DNA of 44,669 nucleotides from a virus: the IMG/VR virus record IMGVR_UViG_3300046531_000422. The stretch is one strand, 5' to 3'. The notes beneath the pieces were generated by a model. The model was not told the origin of the DNA. It did no database searches and was given only the letters and a program-made list of their open reading frames with translations. Made by a program: the position numbers and the translations under genes. Positions 33,695 to 39,430 of the stretch are shown one piece after another (within the stretch, counting starts at the first letter, position 1; every line of letters starts with the position of its first letter).

Positions 33695-33906
33695 AAATTA
33701 GCTGCTTTATACTGTTCTTTCAATGTCAAACATTTATCAGATGTTGAACATTTTAAACCATCATAGTCATGATGAAGAATTTTTATTCTTTCACACATCC
33801 TAGCTTTCTCAAAATCAGGAAGATGAGGATATATAGCTATAACATCTTTAAATGTATTAAAAATCTCTTCATGTAAACTGCATCTATTATTCATTGACCG
33901 CCCCAA
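33685..33906 (-). CDS. small Cys/His protein, RCxxHxxxF family member B
   Basis: NRCSLHEEIF motif; last 10 nt overlap the tRNA 5' end. Confidence 0.5.
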   Translation of the reverse strand: MGRSMNNRCSLHEEIFNTFKDVIAIYPHLPDFEKARMCERIKILHHDYDGLKCSTSDKCLTLKEQYKAANFCV

Positions 33907-34133
33907 AACTTAAATACCTTTAAAACCCGTTTTAGCAAGGTATTTCTGCATTCTTCTCTTTCTTCCCTCTGCTTCTTCTTTATCCATTCCAACGCACTAG
34001 AAAGTGTTATAAACGACGCGCTCCCAGTCATTGGATCATTCACATCAAATTCAGCAATATAGAGGATATTTTGAGTAGAATCGTTATGACTGCATCGGCA
34101 TTGAGATGTGATGTTGTAGATATTTGGCATCAT
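33891..34133 (-). CDS. hypothetical small protein (start at Met8, ATGA coupling)
   Basis: ATG 34133 overlaps the TGA of the upstream gene. Confidence 0.45.
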   Translation of the reverse strand: MMPNIYNITSQCRCSHNDSTQNILYIAEFDVNDPMTGSASFITLSSALEWIKKKQREEREECRNTLLKRVLKVFKFWGGQ

Positions 34134-34345
34134 TGGTCGTAAAAAGGAAAACAATTTTTAGGATTAAAACATTCCGGAGAAAATTTATGAACATCATATC
34201 TATCTTCAATTTTAGATAATTTAGATTTTAAATTTATCCAGTCTTTAACCTGAAGACAATGAAATGAATTGGCAGTTTCTATAAATTCTTCAAATAATTT
34301 TTGATGATATCTACATCGTTGTTTGATAACTTTATCCATTTTCAA
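34130..34345 (-). CDS. small Cys/His protein, RCxxHxxxF family member C
   Basis: QRCRYHQKLF motif. Confidence 0.5.
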   Translation of the reverse strand: MKMDKVIKQRCRYHQKLFEEFIETANSFHCLQVKDWINLKSKLSKIEDRYDVHKFSPECFNPKNCFPFYDQ

Positions 34346-34420
34346 TTTTACTTTTTAAAATGTGATAGTAACTCATTGATTTATAACAACTATTCACTAA
34401 TTTCCGTTTTCAGATGTGAT

Positions 34421-34459
34421 AAAATTCAGTGTATGCAAAATATGCACATACTGAATTTT
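34421..34459. promoter_or_regulatory. 39-nt near-perfect palindrome in divergent intergenic region
   Basis: aaaattcagtgtatgcaaaatatgcacatactgaatttt: outer 10 bp perfect, 16 of 19 positions pair; A4 / T4 flanks. Confidence 0.6.
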
Positions 34460-34589
34460 ATAAAAGACTCTGTGTCAGATTAAAATCTGAACCTCATAAT
34501 ATCGACTGAGTCACAGAGTTTCATGATCGTATATCAAAGTCGACAAACAATCTATAAAATTCAATCATAAAAAATACAGAGAAAAAATA

Positions 34590-34850
34590 ATGTTTACAAG
34601 ACATAAAAATTATGGATATGACTTCAATAAAAAACCACAACTTCTTAAAAAACTTGACAATAACGAAATAAGCATAAAGGAATATTGTGATTCAATGATG
34701 TTTCCACACTTTGTATATTTTTATTGTGAAGAAGCAGGAAGAATGGTTGGGACAACGTATGAAGAATATTCGGAACATGTAAGGGAAAATATTATAAAAC
34801 GCCGCGCCGAAAAATCTATAAGTTCAAAAAATTGTTTAGCAAGTAAATAA
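34590..34850 (+). CDS. hypothetical protein
   Basis: ORF; a GACTGAGTC palindrome lies upstream at 34504-34512. Confidence 0.5.
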   Translation: MFTRHKNYGYDFNKKPQLLKKLDNNEISIKEYCDSMMFPHFVYFYCEEAGRMVGTTYEEYSEHVRENIIKRRAEKSISSKNCLASK

Positions 34851-34858
34851 TGTCAATA

Positions 34859-35035
34859 TTAATATTTATTCAATTTTCTATTTATTTCTGATCTCACTAA
34901 AAAAGCTTCATCAGCTTCTTCTTCATATTTTTTCAAATTAGCTCTAGCAAGCTTCATAACAGCATGTGAAAAGTACGGGCGTTTGTTTGTCAATGACTTA
35001 TTACTATTTATTTTTAATATATTCTTATTAGCCAT
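34859..35035 (-). CDS. small basic protein (58 aa)
   Basis: MANKNILKINSNKSLTNKRPYFSHAVMKLARANLKKYEEEADEAFLVRSEINRKLNKY; below track cutoff; ATG 12 nt after the U-run of the terminator at 35048-35090. Confidence 0.35.
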   Translation of the reverse strand: MANKNILKINSNKSLTNKRPYFSHAVMKLARANLKKYEEEADEAFLVRSEINRKLNKY

Positions 35036-35047
35036 AAATAATTAGTC

Positions 35048-35090
35048 AAAAAAAAATCCCTTCAATCTTTAATTCAGAAAGAATGGATTT
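35048..35090 (-). terminator. Intrinsic terminator (minus strand), GGGA-U9 type
   Basis: 10-bp stem 35054-63 / 35081-90 (1 mismatch), 17-nt loop, U9 = 35048-35056. Confidence 0.6.
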
Positions 35091-35243
35091 TAAATAATTT
35101 TGCCGGTGTAGACACATCAAGGAATCACCCCATCCCGCTACTCCGTTCAAGTTACTTTGTTTTTCATGGTGTTGGTGATTATTCAACAACATTCCATAAC
35201 GTTTCACCTAGTCCATCCCGCTAGACCCTGCTCCTACAAAACA
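35048..35243 (-). ncRNA. Candidate ~195-nt GGA-rich small RNA or leader (possible CsrA-binding RNA)
   Basis: Bounded by the predicted promoter (35250-35277) and terminator (35048-35090); no credible ORF; 7 GGA on the minus strand versus 2 on the plus; exact repeat UAGCGGGAUGG at 35130-40 and 35213-23. Confidence 0.45.
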
Positions 35244-35249
35244 GTGTGA

Positions 35250-35277
35250 ATTTTATCAACATAATAAAAAATGTCAA
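35250..35277 (-). promoter_or_regulatory. Sigma70-like promoter with extended -10 (minus strand)
   Basis: TTGACA (35272-77), 16-nt spacer, TGaTAAAAT (35250-58). Confidence 0.55.
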
Positions 35278-35279
35278 AC

Positions 35280-35313
35280 AAAAAAAATCCCCTAATTTTC
35301 AGTTAGAGGATTT
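35280..35313 (-). terminator. Intrinsic terminator (minus strand), GGGGA-U8 type
   Basis: 11-bp stem 35285-95 / 35303-13 (1 mismatch), 7-nt loop, U8 = 35280-87; abuts the next promoter. Confidence 0.6.
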
Positions 35314-35337
35314 AGTTTAAAGGTATTATTATAAGAC

Positions 35338-35524
35338 ACAACAACAGTTTACCAACATTTCATAAACTATCAACAACTCGTAAGTAATACTTACAACATC
35401 AACAACCATTAGGAATTTCCGAACAGTAGTTGATAACCAAAAAACCATATTTAGGTTTTTGTTATTAACTTTACACAATTAAAATAAATTGTTGTTAACA
35501 CTATTATTAATAAATATCAATAAC
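35338..35524. repeat. Iteron-like cluster ATCAACAAC (both orientations) plus 15-bp palindrome
   Basis: atcaacaac at 35369-77 and 35398-406; atcaataac 35516-24; inverted atcaact 35429-35 and aacaacaat 35488-99; palindrome gtaagtaatacttac 35380-94. Confidence 0.5.
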
Positions 35525-35734
35525 TTACAACGACAGGGTAAAAAAAGTAACCTATTAGGGGTGTGTATAACTTGTGTGTATCTCCCCCATACCCCCTCTG
35601 ACCGCCCACTTCGTAAACGGGCTATCAAGCTTCGCTTGATGGATATATATGATAATACTCTTAAGTTTATAGACGATTTATGATGTTGACTGTAAATAAT
35701 AGTTAATCAAATTTACGATCAGTGTCGTAAATGC

Positions 35735-35763
35735 ATTCTACTGTCAGATAAAAAACGTGTCAA
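35735..35763 (-). promoter_or_regulatory. Near-consensus sigma70 promoter (minus strand) with palindrome at +1
   Basis: TTGACA (35758-63), 17 nt, TAGAAT (35735-40); inverted repeat atttacga-N6-tcgtaaat at 35711-35732. Confidence 0.5.
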
Positions 35764-35977
35764 GAACTTTCTGCATTTATTTTCAAATAGTCCTTTAACA
35801 CAAACCTTAAAATGATCGTTTTTATGTGAAATATTCATATATATCAATAAGTTAAGTGCTTTAATGCTAAATGGATATGCTTAAGGGAAGCTTAACTCAA
35901 TAAACTTTATTAATGATATCGCTTAGTAAAGAAAAGTGCGTTTCTCTTTATTAGTGAATCACAAACACATATGCAAT

Positions 35978-36010
35978 AAAAAAGCCCATAAACGCATCGA
36001 TTACAGGCTT
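35978..36010 (-). terminator. Weak intrinsic terminator after ORF 36068..36379
   Basis: 5-bp stem aagcc/ggctt, 19-nt loop, U6 (35978-83) on the minus strand. Confidence 0.35.
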
Positions 36011-36067
36011 CTTAAGAGATAAAGGTAGGGTAACTATAAATTATCTATGAGACGCTTAAATGATGCG

Positions 36068-36379
36068 TTATTGTGCAGCCTGAGCGTTTCTTTTAATCAT
36101 ATAAAGAATGTGTTTAATAAGCGCTTTATCTGATTCTGAAGAATTTATTATTTTTATAAATGTTTTTCCAATAAGTCCTTTGCAATATTTACCTCTTCCT
36201 AATGGGCTTAAAATTGTACATGCGATGGAAGGAGAAAAAACAGAATCCTTAATATCGATTGCTATAAGAGGATGACTATGTAGTTTTGAAATGATGTCAT
36301 CCCTAATAAGATTTGTTCCTTCTGTATGAATTCCATATTCCTTTTGTGCTTCAAGTAACGAATATTTGAACCAACTCAT
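36068..36379 (-). CDS. hypothetical protein (103 aa), isolated leftward gene
   Basis: ORF; no motif recognised. Confidence 0.5.
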   Translation of the reverse strand: MSWFKYSLLEAQKEYGIHTEGTNLIRDDIISKLHSHPLIAIDIKDSVFSPSIACTILSPLGRGKYCKGLIGKTFIKIINSSESDKALIKHILYMIKRNAQAAQ

Positions 36380-36486
36380 AAAATATCCTCATTAGTTAAT
36401 AAAGCGATATTAAAGCACACAAACTAATTAAGTTGGTGAATTTTTGTCACCATCTGAAACTATTTATCATTATTTGAAAATAATAG

Positions 36487-36514
36487 TTGACTCAGTCTAA
36501 TTGTATGATATTAT
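36487..36514 (+). promoter_or_regulatory. Early promoter with palindrome TTGACTCAGTCTA over the -35
   Basis: TTGACT 36487-92, 16 nt, TATTAT 36509-14; same motif as 30554 and 31353. Confidence 0.6.
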
Positions 36515-36561
36515 GCATTCATCAATCGCAACAGATGGTATCAATTAAAAGGAAAAACAAA

Positions 36562-36804
36562 ATGAGCCTACAAGCAATAAAGAAATTGATAAATAATGAA
36601 ATTCTAGACTGTGAAGAAGCAATACGAGAAGTTAACGAAGATCCAGAATGTCTGGACGAAAAATACATTGAATACAAAATTGAAGAGACTTGTAATTATA
36701 AATTAATAATACAGGCATACCTAAATGTTATTACCTTAATAAATAAATATGATTACCAGCAAAGAAAGAATAAGAAAAAGTTAATATCAACAAAAAACAA
36801 GTAG
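36562..36804 (+). CDS. hypothetical protein (start moved to Met26; the track ORF begins inside the promoter)
   Basis: AAGGAAA SD upstream of ATG 36562. Confidence 0.55.
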   Translation: MSLQAIKKLINNEILDCEEAIREVNEDPECLDEKYIEYKIEETCNYKLIIQAYLNVITLINKYDYQQRKNKKKLISTKNK

Positions 36805-36863
36805 AAATAAAATGCTATACAAACGATCATAATGTTTCATAAGAATACATAAGGAGAAATAAC

Positions 36864-37043
36864 ATGTCAGAGCTAATAAAAGAACTAGAATCCTTAATAT
36901 ATCAAAAAGAGATAACCCTTTCAGAATTAAGGAGCCAACTTTCTACTATTGCAAATAAATTGGAAATAGAAAAAAAAGAAAAAGGTGATCTTGATAAAAG
37001 ATTAATAGAAGCCTACAAAATTATATACTGTAAGGAGAAATGA
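36864..37043 (+). CDS. small coiled-coil protein (59 aa)
   Basis: TAAGGAGAAAT SD; below track cutoff. Confidence 0.45.
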   Translation: MSELIKELESLIYQKEITLSELRSQLSTIANKLEIEKKEKGDLDKRLIEAYKIIYCKEK

Positions 37044-37044
37044 C

Positions 37045-37210
37045 ATGCACACAGTTATTGTTTTCAATTTAGATACCAACAAATATGAAGTGTTAGTCAA
37101 AGAATCATCTATGTGTTGGAATTTATGAAACAGAAGATAAAGCACTTCAACGTCAAGAAGAATTAAGTCATATTAACCGAAAAGAACATGAACACAGAAA
37201 TAATCTATGA
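37045..37210 (+). pseudogene. Frameshifted paralogue of ORF 37188..37328
   Basis: Frame 0 stops after 27 codons (37126-28); the +1 frame from 37118 continues GIYETEDKALQRQEELSHIN, aligning with ETLDKAIKRQKELNSID of the next gene. Confidence 0.5.
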
Positions 37211-37328
37211 CGAAAAGTTACGTCTCTATAAAATATATTTAGCTCAAACAAATATTTGTATCGATGCCTGCGAAACCCTAGATAAAGCAATTAAACGTCA
37301 AAAAGAACTAAATAGTATTGACATGTAG
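37188..37328 (+). CDS. small protein (46 aa), intact paralogue
   Basis: MNTEIIYDEKLRLYKIYLAQTNICIDACETLDKAIKRQKELNSIDM aligns along its full length with the frameshifted upstream copy. Confidence 0.45.
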   Translation: MNTEIIYDEKLRLYKIYLAQTNICIDACETLDKAIKRQKELNSIDM

Positions 37329-37396
37329 GGCAACATACCTAATGTCAATATAACGCAAGGAATGTGTCATTGCTGACATTTAATAGAATATAAAAT

Positions 37397-37567
37397 ATGA
37401 CTTGTGAAAATATCATACATTCATGCGCTTGGACTCATGATATGTCAGAAGGGGAGGATGTATTTGATGCTTCTTGCGAAACAAAATGGATTGTAGAAGA
37501 TTATAAATCATTTATATTTTGTCCAAATTGTGGCGGAAAAATTCAGTTAAATTATAACGAAAAATAA
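37397..37567 (+). CDS. Zn-ribbon small protein, family member 1 (56 aa)
   Basis: C-A-W...C...FCPNCGGKI; no obvious SD; supported by paralogy. Confidence 0.45.
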   Translation: MTCENIIHSCAWTHDMSEGEDVFDASCETKWIVEDYKSFIFCPNCGGKIQLNYNEK

Positions 37568-37583
37568 AAGGAGTAATCTAACA

Positions 37584-37781
37584 ATGAATGACAAAACAAC
37601 AGATGAAATACTTCAAGCTTGTGAAATAATCTCAAATAGAAAAAACAACGGGAACGCGCATAAAGCCATAGAGGCTTTGGAAAAATTAGGAATAGAAAAA
37701 TATAGAGCAGAAATGATTATCTTTGATATCATGAAAATATCTATCAATTGTCGACTTGAAGAATTAGGATATTCAGTTTGA
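37584..37781 (+). CDS. hypothetical protein
   Basis: AAGGAG SD. Confidence 0.55.
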   Translation: MNDKTTDEILQACEIISNRKNNGNAHKAIEALEKLGIEKYRAEMIIFDIMKISINCRLEELGYSV

Positions 37782-37950
37782 AAACAACATACGAAGTACA
37801 ATTAATAAAAGAATTCGTCGAACATAAGCTTGCATATTTGCAAGATCAATATGAACTTCTCTCTAATTCGATGAAAAAAAATAAATCGAATCATTTAATA
37901 GTAACGGTATTGAATATAAAAAATTTGATTCAAGAAAAGGATACTAAATG
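37777..37950 (+). CDS. small protein with TTG start (57 aa)
   Basis: AGGA 7 nt upstream of the TTG; overlaps the upstream stop and the downstream ATG (ATGA). Confidence 0.4.
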
Positions 37951-38111
37951 AAAAACGATATATGCATATGGTTTGAGCCAGAAAAAGAATATCCTGAAAT
38001 GTTTCAAATCGGATGCACAGGATATAAAATATTTTGTGCACCTAAATTTTTTAAATATTGCTACGAATGTGGGGGAAAAGTTCAAATAAAAATAGAACAA
38101 AATTCACATGA
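37947..38111 (+). CDS. Zn-ribbon small protein, family member 2 (54 aa)
   Basis: CIW...C...YCYECGGKV; ATGA coupling with member 3. Confidence 0.5.
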
Positions 38112-38317
38112 ATAATAATAAATTATGTATATGGGAATTTCATGAAGTATATTGTTGTGAGGAAGATTCTGGTGAATATAGTAGTAGTCCAGATTATCAT
38201 AAAACAGCTTGCGAAAAAGAATATATTTGTGAGGGGCCATATACTAATGGAAATTTAGAAGATGATTGGATTTATTGTCCAGGATGCGGTCGGAAAATTA
38301 AAGTACAGGAAAATTAA
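38108..38317 (+). CDS. Zn-ribbon small protein, family member 3
   Basis: CIW...TAC...YCPGCGRKI. Confidence 0.6.
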   Translation: MNNNKLCIWEFHEVYCCEEDSGEYSSSPDYHKTACEKEYICEGPYTNGNLEDDWIYCPGCGRKIKVQEN

Positions 38318-38318
38318 A

Positions 38319-38717
38319 ATGAAAAGCTTCATAAGATGCATATGCATATGGAAATGGAATAAATATGATGAAAATCATGTAAATGATTACTATAAAACTG
38401 CTTGCAATAAATCCTATGAATCTCTGTATTTTTACCCATCGAACAAAGAAATTAATTTAAATTTTTGTCCAAATTGTGGTTATAAAATTGAAATGTTTGA
38501 TAGTAAACCATATTCAATAAGAAGAGCCGAAGTTGAAAGATGGTGTTCCTATGAAGTTATTTATCAAGAACAACTTATTTCTAAAATGCTTAACATACTT
38601 ACCGATATTTTAAATGGTGAATATAGCATTGAAGACGCAAGAGAAGACTGTATATGCACTATACACCTAATAGATAATGAAAAAGAACAAGATCGATTAA
38701 TAAAAAACGAGGATTAA
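38319..38717 (+). CDS. Zn-ribbon protein, family member 4, with C-terminal extension (start at Met20 of track ORF)
   Basis: CIW...TAC...FCPNCGYKI then a ~55-aa extra domain. Confidence 0.6.
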   Translation: MKSFIRCICIWKWNKYDENHVNDYYKTACNKSYESLYFYPSNKEINLNFCPNCGYKIEMFDSKPYSIRRAEVERWCSYEVIYQEQLISKMLNILTDILNGEYSIEDAREDCICTIHLIDNEKEQDRLIKNED

Positions 38718-38720
38718 AAA

Positions 38721-38912
38721 ATGGCAAGATTTTTAATAGTTAATGACGGACTAAGTTTAGTTGATAACCTGACTAGAGAAGAAATAGAACAATTACGTGA
38801 GGCTGAGCATTGTGTGCATGTTATAGACTTGAATAACTTAAAACAGTTATCTTTTGATGATGATGAAAGTAACGGAAGTTGGGTATCAATAGATAATCTT
38901 AATGAGGGTTAA
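38721..38912 (+). CDS. hypothetical acidic protein, paralogue pair member 1
   Basis: FLIVNDG...C.HVIDL..LKQLSFDDDESNGSW aligns with the next gene. Confidence 0.55.
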   Translation: MARFLIVNDGLSLVDNLTREEIEQLREAEHCVHVIDLNNLKQLSFDDDESNGSWVSIDNLNEG

Positions 38913-38916
38913 AAAT

Positions 38917-39144
38917 ATGTATATCGTTAGTGGAGCAGATTTGGGAGGAACTTATATTACTGATTCAGTATCTAAAAGTATTAGAGAAAATTACGAATGT
39001 GGTCAATGTGAAATTATAAGGTTATCTGATGGAAAAGAATTAAAATTCCCAGACGATCATGATAATTGGGAATGGAAATTAACTGATGAATATATTAATG
39101 ATGAATCAAACTGGAACAACCTGCCAAAATGGGAAGATGACTAA
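38917..39144 (+). CDS. hypothetical acidic protein, paralogue pair member 2 (start at Met6)
   Basis: MYIVSGA...CEIIRL..GKELKFPDDHDNWEW. Confidence 0.55.
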   Translation: MYIVSGADLGGTYITDSVSKSIRENYECGQCEIIRLSDGKELKFPDDHDNWEWKLTDEYINDESNWNNLPKWEDD

Positions 39145-39430
39145 GATAAATCATGAAAAAGAAATTTTAGGATATGTAACAAAATATGCACTTACTTATG
39201 GGATTATGCACATATACGTCACACAGCATAATTTACCAAATGGCAGAATTTGGTTTAGTTTTAAAAGTTCACCAAATAGTTATATATCAGATAAAGAATT
39301 TTGGCTTAGTAAAGAAAATGCAGAAGACGCAGTAGATAGAATGATTCATAAAAAACTTGAATATTTAGAAAAACAAAAAGAAAAATTAGGAAAATTGTTA
39401 AAAACTAAAAAATACAAAGAGGTGCTCTAA
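39137..39430 (+). CDS. hypothetical protein (start at Met18; the ATG lies 5 nt upstream of, and overlaps, the upstream gene's TAA stop)
   Basis: ATG 39137 overlaps the end of the upstream gene. Confidence 0.5.
   Translation: MTKINHEKEILGYVTKYALTYGIMHIYVTQHNLPNGRIWFSFKSSPNSYISDKEFWLSKENAEDAVDRMIHKKLEYLEKQKEKLGKLLKTKKYKEVL

Noticed and set aside
35340-35460. 39-codon hydrophobic minus-strand ORF (MVFWLSTTVRKFLMVVDVVSITYELLIVYEMLVNCCCVL), considered as a type I toxin
   Set aside because: It has no SD and has charged residues inside the hydrophobic stretch. Its GTTGTTG codons are simply the iteron repeats read in frame. A 39-codon ORF at 35718-35837 was rejected for the same reasons, as it overlaps the predicted promoter.
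35548-35625. G-quadruplex on the minus strand (GGGCGGTCAGAGGGGGTATGGGGGAG) and attP core
   Set aside because: There are only three G3+ runs, so no canonical four-run G4. The attP idea cannot be supported because no integrase is present and I could not match a tRNA/tmRNA end by eye. It is kept only as a low-interest finding to be tested by BLAST.
35489-35683. Track ORF (64 aa, + strand) crossing the GC-rich island in the ORF-free locus
   Set aside because: It starts at TTG with no SD. It is built from the iteron and C-tract sequence, lies antisense to the predicted minus-strand unit, and has an implausible composition. I treat it as non-coding.
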